DNA of 64,000 nucleotides, taken from contig JAJRSC010000005.1 in NCBI GenBank assembly GCA_024278985.1, forward strand, positions 1 to 64,000, given 5' to 3'. The notes beneath the pieces were generated by a model that ran no database searches, was not told the DNA's origin, and was given only the letters and a program-made list of their open reading frames with translations. Of the stretch, positions 45,017 through 54,971 are shown piece after piece. Position 1 is the first letter of the stretch; every line of letters begins with the position of its first letter. Position numbers and translations under genes: made by a program. The DNA comes from an archaeon. GTDB lineage: Archaea; AGJL01; Methanococci; Methanococcales; Methanocaldococcaceae.

Positions 45017-45544
45017 ATGGAAAGATTGCCATATGAGGTCGTATCAACTATATTCAGAAAAGCCATTTTACACTATTTAGTAATAACCGGACAAGTATTT
45101 CCTACAAAATTATCCAAAGATTTGGGTATATCAAAAGGACTCTCATCAGGGTTTTTAAGACTATGTAACGCTTTAGGTGTAGTAAAAAGAGAAAGAAACA
45201 AACATAAAGTTTTATATTCACTAACGGGTAAAGGAGTGGCAGTTTTAAAAAGATTAGCGCCCGAAATATTTGATTTAAGTTTTAGTGAGGTTTTCGAAAC
45301 ACTTTCGAAAAGTAAGTTTTCTACTAAACATTACCCATTAGCCAAGTTAGGATTTAGAATAGAGTATGAAGAAGATAACTTCAAGGGAGTGACTTTTTAC
45401 TTTTATGACTATGATAACAACCTTTTAGGAACGGTATATAGGAATTCTCAGAATATTTGGTGGTGTAGTATATGTAAAAAAGAGGCATGTAAGCATATCG
45501 ATTACGCCAAAAAGCTATATAATAAATTGAAAAATATAAATTAA
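45017..45544 (+). CDS. wHTH DNA-binding protein with C-terminal SWIM-like Zn finger
   Basis: PTKLSKDLGISKGLSS...YSLTGKG wHTH; CSICKKEACKH; ATG after GGTGA. Confidence 0.82.
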   Translation: MERLPYEVVSTIFRKAILHYLVITGQVFPTKLSKDLGISKGLSSGFLRLCNALGVVKRERNKHKVLYSLTGKGVAVLKRLAPEIFDLSFSEVFETLSKSKFSTKHYPLAKLGFRIEYEEDNFKGVTFYFYDYDNNLLGTVYRNSQNIWWCSICKKEACKHIDYAKKLYNKLKNIN

Positions 45545-45547
45545 TAA

Positions 45548-45924
45548 TTTTCGAGTTTTCGAGTTGCATGTATGTATATGCCACGGTTGTGTATATAGAA
45601 AATTTTTAGAAAAAAATTATCACAAAAATTTTAGGCAGTAGTATGCTCTTTTTTAGTTTAGATAATACAGTATTTTAGAGATTTTATAAAAATGTCAACA
45701 AATATTTTTTTGTTTTTGTGAAAAATAATAATTTGACATTATTATATTTTATAATTTTTATTTTATTTTATTTTTTTAATTTAACAAATAAATTTTTTAT
45801 AAAATTCTTTTATTGTACAAAAACAAAAATTAATAAAAAATTTTTGTTGTGATAATTTTGGTTTATGTGTTTTGTATATCTTTCCCTTAACCATATACAT
45901 ACATGCAATTCGAAAACTCGAAAA
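45548..45924. repeat. Nested inverted repeats flanking AT-rich core (candidate origin element)
   Basis: 33-bp arms at 45548-45580 and 45892-45924 (1 mismatch); 13-bp arms at 45613-45625 and 45847-45859; both pairs centred on 45736. Confidence 0.88.
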
Positions 45925-46027
45925 CCTTATTTAAAAAGTGATTATATTTATGTATCAACAATACACAAGTGTTTTTAAATTTCAAAAAAATAGTAATAAA
46001 ACATTTACCTTAAAATAGAAATATTTC

Positions 46028-47065
46028 CTATATATCACTCGAAAACTCGAAAATACAGCAGTCTAACAGAAATAGTGATATAAAAGAATTGTATTTATTT
46101 TTTTTGTATTTCCTCAATAATTCTATAAACTTAGGAGTATTTTTTTTCTTTAATTTAAACCTAATCTTACCTCTAACTTTGTATTTTGCTAAAATACCCA
46201 TATTACATAAATCATTTAAGTATTTATATAGTGTTATATATTTAAAATCTACTTTGTTATAAATATCTTCAATTTTAAAACTTTTTAGTTTAATAACTAT
46301 TTCAACAAGCTTTTTATATTTTCTATCAACTATGTAGGGAAGTATTTTAAGCCATGGAATTTTTAATTCTCTAATTGTTTTTAACTACCTTTTACAGTGT
46401 TTTAATATTATTTCAATTACTTCTAAATTACCATTTGTTATATTATAAAGATGTTCTGCTACTTTTCTACTAATACAATAGCCAAGTTTTTTAGCAAAGT
46501 ATCTAATAACTCCAATAATATTTATTATTCCTTCAGGAAAATGTTTTAAAACTTCTTTATGGCACTCTATAGGATACCTTAGAACAACACTTATATTATT
46601 TTTTCTTAGTTCTTTAACAAATCTTATAAAACTCTTTTTATAGTTCCATTTTCTAATGTCATGAATATCCAAAACAATAATTGGATTTATTGATTTTAAT
46701 ATAGCTAATAACTTACCTCTAACTTTATAAAAATCCCAATTTTTGATATTGATAAAAAACTCCTTTATAGCCTTAAACCATGCCTTTTTAGCTCTATAAT
46801 GTTTTTTAAAATATTTTTTTTCTACAATATAATTAAATAAATTTTCAAACCATCCAGAATTTTTATTAACTAAATAATATTTATCTTTTAATAAAAATGC
46901 TAATCTTAAAATTATCTTTTTAATGTTTGGAGTTCCCAATACTCTAAATATTGGAAATTTGTTAAAATAAAATTCACCACCCTCCTCTAAAATATTCTCT
47001 CTATGAGTTGGAAATAAATATAATCCATTAAAAAATTCTTCAGGTATATCTTTAATTATCATCAT
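46028..47065 (-). pseudogene. Degenerate AAA+-like/wHTH protein, interrupted as sequenced by one in-frame TAG
   Basis: Track ORF ends KHCKR* at 46385-46387, but the frame stays open for 118 more codons encoding a wHTH-like domain (YITLYKYLNDLCNMGIL...GKIRFKL). Confidence 0.7.
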
Positions 47066-47735
47066 CTTTAATCCTTTTAATTATTGCTATAGAGAGATAG
47101 TCAGAAAATTCATCAAAATTTATATTGTCTATGTTCCCAATAGCTATTTTTTCATCTTCAAATGTAGCCCTTTTAACTAATCCAACAATTATATTTTTAT
47201 TATTGATTTTTTTTAATACATCTTTTAAGTTTTTTGTTTTCATTACTATTATAGTATCAAAATCATTAATATACTTTTCAATATCTTTACCATGTGGTAA
47301 AATACATAATTTTTCATTACCCTCTACTAATGGCATATTTAATGCTTTAGCAGCTGAAAATATGGATGAGATTCCATTTATTATTTCAACTTTAACCCCT
47401 TTTTTTGCTAAAATTTTCCAAATATATGAGAAAGTACTATATAAAGTAGGGTCTCCAAGAGTTAGAACAGCAACATCTTTATTTTCTTTTAAAATTTTTT
47501 CAGCTGCTTTTTCCCTATAATATTTTAATTTTTCTTTATATTTAATCATAGGAAATAGAAGTGTTTCAACTTCTTTATCTTTAATATAATCCTTAACAAT
47601 TTCATAGGCAACTGATGGTTTTCCTTCTTTTGATATTGGAACAAATATTTTATCAACTTTTTTTAATATATTTAAAGATTTTAGGGTTATTAATTCTTTA
47701 TCTCCTGGTCCTACTCCAATACCATAAACAATCAT
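47052..47735 (-). CDS. cbiL: Cobalt-precorrin-2 C20-methyltransferase
   Basis: GIGVGPGD, LGDPTLYST, GISS. Confidence 0.92.
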   Translation of the reverse strand: MIVYGIGVGPGDKELITLKSLNILKKVDKIFVPISKEGKPSVAYEIVKDYIKDKEVETLLFPMIKYKEKLKYYREKAAEKILKENKDVAVLTLGDPTLYSTFSYIWKILAKKGVKVEIINGISSIFSAAKALNMPLVEGNEKLCILPHGKDIEKYINDFDTIIVMKTKNLKDVLKKINNKNIIVGLVKRATFEDEKIAIGNIDNINFDEFSDYLSIAIIKRIKDDDN

Positions 47736-47745
47736 TTTAATCCCT

Positions 47746-47928
47746 TTATTCTTTTACAGTTATAGCAAATTTCCCTTTAAAATCTATATTTATTTTTTTG
47801 GCAATTTCTGATTTTTTAGGGTCAATAATAATTAATAAACCTGTCCAGTTTTCACTTGTTGGAGAACCACATATAGGACATTCATCTTCTTCAGTAAGAT
47901 ATTTACATTTTAAACATGCCTTTAACAT
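47746..47928 (-). CDS. spt4: Transcription elongation factor Spt4 (RpoE2)
   Basis: ACLKC...CPICG...SENWTG...SEIAK. Confidence 0.93.
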   Translation of the reverse strand: MLKACLKCKYLTEEDECPICGSPTSENWTGLLIIIDPKKSEIAKKINIDFKGKFAITVKE

Positions 47929-47929
47929 A

Positions 47930-48502
47930 TTATTTCACCATCATATTCTTCTCTTTCTTCTTTTTCTCTTCTTCAATCCATTCAATTTTTCCTAAATATG
48001 GCTGTCTCATGGTTAAAGCTATTTTACTACCTCTCTTTCTTTCTGGTCTTAAACTTACTGCAACAATTCTTGCTCTAACTATGTCTCCAATTTCTATAAC
48101 CTTCCCACTCTCTTTTCCTATTATTGCCTCTCTTTTTGGGTCATAAACCACATAATCATCCATTATTTGAGAAACATGGACTAAACCATCTAATGGTCCT
48201 AACCTTACAAAAGCTCCAAATTCAACAACATCAACAACCTCTCCCTCAACAACTTCATATAACTCTGGTTTATAAACTAAGACTTCAAATTCTACAGGAT
48301 GATAAGCTGACCCATCTCCATGAACAACTAATCCAGTCCCTACTTTATTAACATCAACAATTGATAAAACAAACCCAATATCTTTGTCTAATCTACTCTC
48401 ATATTTATCTATTAAAATCTTTTTTATAGTTTCTTTTAAATCATTCCCAAATTCATCTGGAGGAACTTTAACAATATCTAAAACCTTCAATATTTTATAC
48501 AC
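47930..48502 (-). CDS. rpoE: RNA polymerase subunit Rpo7 (E')
   Basis: S1 domain [19 protein letters not shown]; [10 protein letters not shown]. Confidence 0.96.
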   Translation of the reverse strand: MYKILKVLDIVKVPPDEFGNDLKETIKKILIDKYESRLDKDIGFVLSIVDVNKVGTGLVVHGDGSAYHPVEFEVLVYKPELYEVVEGEVVDVVEFGAFVRLGPLDGLVHVSQIMDDYVVYDPKREAIIGKESGKVIEIGDIVRARIVAVSLRPERKRGSKIALTMRQPYLGKIEWIEEEKKKKEKNMMVK

Positions 48503-48593
48503 TATCCCACCCTAAATTTTTGAAATATAAAAAAATAAAAAATAAGATTGAGATGAATAAAAAAATCTAATAAAAAATTGTTAAAATAAAAAA

Positions 48594-48672
48594 TGGTAGC
48601 GGGGGGAGGATTTGAACCTCCGATCTCCGGGTTATGAGCCCGGCGGGATGGACCTGGCTACCCCACCCCGCT
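48594..48672 (-). tRNA. Initiator tRNA-Met(CAT)
   Basis: AGCGGGG...CCGGG-CTCATAA-CCCGG...CCCCGCTACCA; A1:U72 pair and three G:C pairs in the anticodon stem. Confidence 0.95.
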
Positions 48673-48756
48673 ACATAAATCCAAAAAAGAGCAATATATT
48701 TTTAATAAGAAAATAATATATAAAATTTTTGTTGTTGTGCTATTTTCCTTCACAAC

Positions 48757-50367
48757 TTATAACATGTATCTTTTTCTTTTTTCAACATCATCCATTAATG
48801 ATAGGATTAATTTCCAATTTTTAAATTCTTTTTTATATCCCTCTAAGAACTTTTCCCAAATATTATTATATGTTGAGTAATGTGTTGATTGTATTGCCTT
48901 TTTAAAAACTATTAAATCAACAGCTTTATCTTCATCTAAGTTAGAATATTTTGATAATCCAAAGTCAATTATATATAAATCATTATCAGCATAAATAAAG
49001 TTAGATGTAGTTAAATCATTATGAATAATGTTATTTTTATGTAATTTCCCAACAATTTCTCCAACTTTAATAGCCAAATCTATATTGTTATCAATAATAT
49101 CCTTTAATTTTGACCCCTTTATATAGGATAACGTTATTTTTTTATTTTTTAAATCTACATCAAACACATAGGGGGCTTTAATGTTAAAATCTTTAATATA
49201 TGATAAAAATTTAGCTTCTTTATTTGTTCTCTCTTTTCTAATTCTTTCATCTAATTCTAAATTCCTATAATTTTTTTTCATTCTTTCTTTAATAACAACA
49301 TCATAATCTAAATATTTAGATTTTTTTATACTTGCTTCAGCTCCTTTTCCTATAAGGTCTTTAGGGAGTTTTCTTTTCCTTCCTTTAACTTCTTTAATCC
49401 AACTAACCTCTACCATATCAGTCCTATAGTAGGGAATAATTTTAGTATCTTCAATGTTCATCCTTTTTCCACTTTTATACTCTAAAATACCAAGCCATGC
49501 AATCATTGCTCCATTATCTCCACAGACATCTTTAGGTGGAATATAAAAATCTGCTCCTTGTTCTTTACTCATTTCCTTTAACATTTCTTGTAATCTTTTA
49601 TTTACTGCAACACCTCCAACTAATAAAACTTCTCCTTTTTCTGTATGTGCTAATGCCCTCTCAGTTATTTCTGTTAGCATAGCAAAAGCATACTCCTGTA
49701 AAGAGAAGCAAACATCTTCTTTACTTTCTCCACCATCATATGCCCTCATACATGCAGTTAATAAACCTGAAAAGGCAACATCCATTCCTTTAACAGTGTA
49801 AGGAAGATTTAATAATTTTTTTCCTTTCTTTGCAAGTTCTTCAATATATGGCCCTCCTGGATGAGGTAGAGATAGATATCTTGCAAGTTGGTCTAAACAA
49901 TTTCCAACAGCAATATCTAATGTTTCCCCAAAAACTCTATATTTTTTAGCAATATATGCAATAACTTGAGTATTTCCACCACTTACATAAAGAGTTAAAG
50001 GGTCTTCAGCTTTAGTTGTTAATTTTCCTATTTCAATATGGGCAATACAGTGATTTACTCCAATTATTGGAACTCCTAAACTTAATGCTAATGCTCTTGC
50101 AGCAGTAGCTGTAACTCTTAAACTTGGTCCTAATCCAGGACCCTGAGAAAAAGCAACTAAGTCGATATCTTTTTTATCAACGACATTAAAAGCTTCTTTT
50201 ATTAATTTTGGAAATGTTTCTGCATGATGGTCTGCAGCTTCTCTTGGATTTATTCCCTGTTTAGGAGGGGTGTAAATAACTGACTTATTAAAAAGAATCT
50301 CTCCATCATCTGTAACTATACCAACTCCTGTTTTTTCAGCAGTACCTTCAAGTCCTATACATATCAT
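48757..50367 (-). CDS. kae1: Bifunctional Kae1/Bud32 t6A synthase-kinase fusion
   Basis: [24 protein letters not shown], then kinase [19 protein letters not shown]. Confidence 0.95.
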   Translation of the reverse strand: MICIGLEGTAEKTGVGIVTDDGEILFNKSVIYTPPKQGINPREAADHHAETFPKLIKEAFNVVDKKDIDLVAFSQGPGLGPSLRVTATAARALALSLGVPIIGVNHCIAHIEIGKLTTKAEDPLTLYVSGGNTQVIAYIAKKYRVFGETLDIAVGNCLDQLARYLSLPHPGGPYIEELAKKGKKLLNLPYTVKGMDVAFSGLLTACMRAYDGGESKEDVCFSLQEYAFAMLTEITERALAHTEKGEVLLVGGVAVNKRLQEMLKEMSKEQGADFYIPPKDVCGDNGAMIAWLGILEYKSGKRMNIEDTKIIPYYRTDMVEVSWIKEVKGRKRKLPKDLIGKGAEASIKKSKYLDYDVVIKERMKKNYRNLELDERIRKERTNKEAKFLSYIKDFNIKAPYVFDVDLKNKKITLSYIKGSKLKDIIDNNIDLAIKVGEIVGKLHKNNIIHNDLTTSNFIYADNDLYIIDFGLSKYSNLDEDKAVDLIVFKKAIQSTHYSTYNNIWEKFLEGYKKEFKNWKLILSLMDDVEKRKRYML

Positions 50368-50460
50368 AATTTTCCCTAATGATGTAGTTTTAAAGTAAAA
50401 TATATTATATACCAAATACCTTAATTTAATTTTTGATAAAACTATCTAAAGGTTTTTGAA

Positions 50461-51363
50461 ATGCTTGAAATAGAAATAAAAAATATTAAGTTTAAAAATC
50501 CAGTATTTTTGGCAAGTGGAATAATGGGCTCTACTGGAAAAAGTTTGATTAGAATAGCTAAAAATGGAGCAGGGGCAGTTACTACTAAATCAATAGGTTA
50601 TTATCCAAACAAAGGACATAAAAATCCAACTATTGTGGAGCTTGGAGATAGTATATTAAATGCTATTGGCTTATCAAATCCTGGAATAGAGGAGTATGAA
50701 GAAGAACTTAAAAAAGCAAAACCTATTTTAGAAAAGATGAATACTAAAATAATTGGTTCTATATATGGAAAAGATGAAGAGGAATTTATAAAAGTTGCTA
50801 AAGTTATGGAAAAATATGTTGATATTATTGAACTAAATATATCCTGTCCTCATGCTAAGGGATATGGTGCAACAATAGGACAAAATCCTGAATTAACATA
50901 TAATGTATGTAGAGCAGTTAAAAAATCTGTTTCAGTTCCAGTTTTTGCTAAATTAACACCAAATGTTACAGATATTATTGAAATTGCAGAATCAGCATAC
51001 AATGCTAAAATTGATGGATTTGTGGCTATAAATACAGTTAGAGGTATGAAAATAGATATTAAAGCTAAAAAACCAATTTTATATAATAAATTTGGAGGTT
51101 TAAGTGGTAGAGCAATAAAACCTATTGGGGTTAAAATTGTTTATGATTTATATGAAAACTTTAATCTTCCTATTATTGGAGTTGGAGGAATTTTTAATGG
51201 AGAGGATGCAATTGAGTATTTTTTAGCAGGAGCTTCAGCTGTACAAGTTGGAACTGCTGTAATGAAAGATTATAACATATTCAAAAAAATATGTGAAGAG
51301 ATAAAAAAATATCTAATTGAAGAAGATTTAAAATTAAAGGAAATAATTGGAATGGCTCATTAA
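50461..51363 (+). CDS. pyrD: Dihydroorotate dehydrogenase
   Basis: ELNISCPH, AKLTPN, GGLSG, AVQVGTA. Confidence 0.95.
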   Translation: MLEIEIKNIKFKNPVFLASGIMGSTGKSLIRIAKNGAGAVTTKSIGYYPNKGHKNPTIVELGDSILNAIGLSNPGIEEYEEELKKAKPILEKMNTKIIGSIYGKDEEEFIKVAKVMEKYVDIIELNISCPHAKGYGATIGQNPELTYNVCRAVKKSVSVPVFAKLTPNVTDIIEIAESAYNAKIDGFVAINTVRGMKIDIKAKKPILYNKFGGLSGRAIKPIGVKIVYDLYENFNLPIIGVGGIFNGEDAIEYFLAGASAVQVGTAVMKDYNIFKKICEEIKKYLIEEDLKLKEIIGMAH

Positions 51364-51923
51364 TCTTTATTATACTCATCTAAGCAATCTTCACAGAGAT
51401 ATCTACCATTATAATATCTTAAAATTCCATAGTTTCCACAAGATTCACATATTCCTTCTATAACCTCTTCTTTTTCTGATTCTATATTTGATGATGAATA
51501 TTTAGAATACTCTAAAATGATATCTATTATTCTTGGAGCAATTCTAACAATATCACTTTGAGTTACTATTCCTATTACACTTCCATCTTTTACTACTGGA
51601 AGACGTTTTATATTGTATTTTGCCATTAGTTCAGCAGCTTCTTTTATAGGTTTATTATATTCAATAGTTATTACTTTTTTTCTCATTACTTCCTCAACTT
51701 TTACATCTTTAGGCTTTAAATTTTTTGCAACTACTTTTTTAATAATATCTCTCTCAGTAATTATACCAATTGGTTTATTGTTTTCATCAACAACAATAAC
51801 TGCCCCTATATTTTTATCTTTTAATATATTTGCAACTTCATATATAGTAGTGTCTTTATTTACACTATTTACTGGAAAACTCATTATTTCTGAGACTGGA
51901 ATATTTAAAGTTTCTTCAATCAT
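51360..51923 (-). CDS. CBS-pair protein with C-terminal Zn ribbon
   Basis: Two CBS domains plus CESCG...LCEDC. Confidence 0.9.
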   Translation of the reverse strand: MIEETLNIPVSEIMSFPVNSVNKDTTIYEVANILKDKNIGAVIVVDENNKPIGIITERDIIKKVVAKNLKPKDVKVEEVMRKKVITIEYNKPIKEAAELMAKYNIKRLPVVKDGSVIGIVTQSDIVRIAPRIIDIILEYSKYSSSNIESEKEEVIEGICESCGNYGILRYYNGRYLCEDCLDEYNKD

Positions 51924-52279
51924 AACATCTCACCTAAATAACCTCTAAACTAATTAACTTAAGTTAATTTTTATTTATATTTTATTTTATCCTAATAAAT
52001 TTATATATGTTAATATTCTGCTAATATATTATTATGTATATTAAAATATATATTACTTTGTTAGTAATAATAAAGAAAATAAAGAAACAACTAACAGTAT
52101 GATTATGGATAAACTATTCTTTATTAATTCTTAACTACACTTTTTGACAACTTCATAAAATGATATCCCATTTTTGTGGCTTAAATATTCGATACAATTA
52201 AATAGCATCCCTATTTGTTTTAAAAATTCGATATTATAATAAATAATTTCCCTTAACGTCTAAAATCGATTTATCTCGT

Positions 52280-53365
52280 TTATGTTTTTCCTCTACTTCT
52301 ATATTTATAAAATATTCTACACGTTCCTTCTTCTGAGACCATACAACTACCAACTGGATTTAATGGATTACAAACTTTTCCAAATAACTTACAGTCAGTT
52401 GGAAGTTTTTCTCCTCTTAAAATTTTATCGCATATACAACCTTTAGGGATTTTTTCTTTAATTTCTGGGATATATTCATGTTCATAAATATCAAATCTTT
52501 TATATTCCTCTTTTAAGCCAAAACCACCATTTTTAATAACTGGAAATCCTCTCCATCTACATGAAATACTTTCAAAAACCTCATTTATTATTTTTTGAGC
52601 TAAAACATTTCCTTCAGGTTTTACAGCTCTTATATATTCATTCTCAACTTTTGCCTCTCCATTAATTACTTGCTTTAATATCATAATTATAGCCATTAAT
52701 ACATCAATTGGCTCAAATCCAGCAACAACCATTGGAGCTTTGTATTTTTCACATAACTTATAATATGGTTTTAAGCCAGTTATTGTTGAAACATGTCCAG
52801 GGCAGATAAAAGCGTCTAAATAAACACCCTCACTCAGTAAAAACTCCATAACTGGAGGTGTTTGTCTATGACAATTTAAAATAAAAAAGTTGTCAATATC
52901 TTTATTTTTTAAATTTATAAGTTCTGCTCCAGTTGTTGGAGCAGTTGTCTCAAATCCAATAGCTACAAAAATAAATTTTTTATCTCTCTCTTTTTTAGCC
53001 ATCTTTACAGCATCACTTATACTATAAACAATTCTGACATCACAACCCTCAGATTGCTTTTCCATTAATGATTTTTCACTTCCTGGCACTCTATATATAT
53101 CTCCAAGGGTTGTTATAACATATCCATTATCTGCTAAATATATGGCTGTATCAATCTCTTTTTGTGTTGTTACACATACAGGACACCCAGGGCCTGGAAC
53201 AACAGTTATATTTTTGGGTAATATTTCTCTAATACCATATTTACAAATTGTATGTTCATGACTACCACATACATGCATAATTTTTAATTTATCAACTTTA
53301 TTAGAAAGTTCATTTATTTTGTCAATTGCCTTTTTTATGAGAGTTTTGTCATTTAAATTAATCAT
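52280..53365 (-). CDS. hypD: Hydrogenase maturation protein HypD
   Basis: CGSHEH, GPGCPVC, GFETT, PGHVS, CMVSEEGTC. Confidence 0.96.
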   Translation of the reverse strand: MINLNDKTLIKKAIDKINELSNKVDKLKIMHVCGSHEHTICKYGIREILPKNITVVPGPGCPVCVTTQKEIDTAIYLADNGYVITTLGDIYRVPGSEKSLMEKQSEGCDVRIVYSISDAVKMAKKERDKKFIFVAIGFETTAPTTGAELINLKNKDIDNFFILNCHRQTPPVMEFLLSEGVYLDAFICPGHVSTITGLKPYYKLCEKYKAPMVVAGFEPIDVLMAIIMILKQVINGEAKVENEYIRAVKPEGNVLAQKIINEVFESISCRWRGFPVIKNGGFGLKEEYKRFDIYEHEYIPEIKEKIPKGCICDKILRGEKLPTDCKLFGKVCNPLNPVGSCMVSEEGTCRIFYKYRSRGKT

Positions 53366-54095
53366 CGTTTCCCTCTAATTTTCTTAGATTTTTAATAACC
53401 TCTAAAATTCCCTCAATAGTGTATTTCTTAGGAATCAGTGGTTTAAAGCCAAAATCTTTAATAACTTTGGCAGTTATTGGACCAATAGCAACAATATAAT
53501 TATTCTTTATAATATTGGTAAAATCCTCATCAACATATTTAAAAAAGTTTTTTGCAGTTAATCCACTTGTAAAAGTTAAAATAAATCTTTTATCTTTTAA
53601 TTCTTCTTTTAATTTGTTAATTTTTTCCTTTAAATTTTCTGGCTCAACAGATTTATATACAAACACCAAATCAGCATTTAAGTTATTTTTTAAAATATCC
53701 CTTGTTGATGGTGTTGTAGGAATTAAAAATTTTTCATTACTTTTAGCAACTTTTTTAATCTCCTCTAAGAGAGAGTCAGCAGTGTATTCTTTTGGAATTA
53801 TATCTGGTTCTCTACCAAAATATTTTTTAAAAGTTTTTGCTGTTTTTTCTCCAATAACTGCAATTTTTTTATTTTTTATTATTTCTTTTTGATTCTTATT
53901 TATTATGTTATATAATCCAATAACTCCACTTGGTGATGTAAAAACTACCCAATCATAGTTATTTAAACTAACTTCTACATTTTTGTTATAAATAAGTTTT
54001 AAAGTTGGAAATATTACTGGCTCAAAGTTCTCTTTTTTTAATAACTCTGCAAATGTTTTAGCTCTCTCTATAGGTCTTGTTATAATAACTTTCAT
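53358..54095 (-). CDS. hemD: Uroporphyrinogen-III synthase
   Basis: ITRP, FTSPSGV, IGEKTA, AIGPITA. Confidence 0.93.
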   Translation of the reverse strand: MKVIITRPIERAKTFAELLKKENFEPVIFPTLKLIYNKNVEVSLNNYDWVVFTSPSGVIGLYNIINKNQKEIIKNKKIAVIGEKTAKTFKKYFGREPDIIPKEYTADSLLEEIKKVAKSNEKFLIPTTPSTRDILKNNLNADLVFVYKSVEPENLKEKINKLKEELKDKRFILTFTSGLTAKNFFKYVDEDFTNIIKNNYIVAIGPITAKVIKDFGFKPLIPKKYTIEGILEVIKNLRKLEGNDD

Positions 54096-54765
54096 AATAT
54101 ATCCCATTATTAATTAAATCTAATTTTATTCCATTGAATTCTTGATAAATATAAATCTTATTTCCCATATCAATTACTTTGCAATTAACTGCATTTGTTT
54201 TTTGTTTTAAATAGTTTTCAAGTTTTTCAGTGTCTATTTTTATATTGTTTAATTTTTTAGATACATAAACAAGATATGTTTTATTTGAATTTAAATCATA
54301 GTATATGCCAATTACATAATATTTTTTATATATAAGAATGTCTTTATAATTTGATGGAACTGTGTTAATTAAATTATTTATCTCAGCTTTACCTAAATCT
54401 AATTTATTTGGATTTTTTATAATAACTCCATTATAGTATTTAAAACCATTAATTGGAAAATACTTAAACAAAAATCCAAGTGGCATTTTAATGCCAATAC
54501 TTCCATGAGTTCCTATATAAATACCATTAATAGAAATTAGAATTTCCTTATACATCCCTGAAATATTTTGATTTTTGTCTTTAATTATCATAAGTGTCTT
54601 ATGGTCTATATAGGTAAATTCCTTAAATGGAGAATTTTCAACAACCTCCTTAACATTCTTTGCACCTCCCATATGGGTATATAGATAAATCCCAAAAATA
54701 GGAATTGGAAGAATATTTATTATTAAAAATATTAATAGCATTATCTTAATTTTTTTATAACTCAT
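54058..54765 (-). CDS. Membrane-anchored hypothetical protein
   Basis: N-terminal basic plus hydrophobic anchor; no family recognised. Confidence 0.7.
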   Translation of the reverse strand: MSYKKIKIMLLIFLIINILPIPIFGIYLYTHMGGAKNVKEVVENSPFKEFTYIDHKTLMIIKDKNQNISGMYKEILISINGIYIGTHGSIGIKMPLGFLFKYFPINGFKYYNGVIIKNPNKLDLGKAEINNLINTVPSNYKDILIYKKYYVIGIYYDLNSNKTYLVYVSKKLNNIKIDTEKLENYLKQKTNAVNCKVIDMGNKIYIYQEFNGIKLDLINNGIYYESYYNKTYRES

Positions 54766-54971
54766 CTTCTCACATGATACTTAGATATTAAATTTATTGT
54801 TATAATAATTATAAAAAGAATTTTATTAGGAGGAAATATTTTCTTAATTTTTTTTCTTAATATAAAAGTAACCAAAAATAATATAAAGTAAAAAACTAAG
54901 TAATAATTTATTATATATTGGTAATATTTATTCATTAAGTTTAATAGTGCTATATTAATTAATGTGAAATT

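Noticed and set aside
43154-47065. Integrated plasmid or provirus
   Set aside because: No integrase or att repeats seen; the outer genes overlap flanking housekeeping genes mptA and cbiL.
48757-50367. Kae1-Bud32 fusion as a novelty
   Set aside because: Well known in Methanococcales and other Euryarchaeota.
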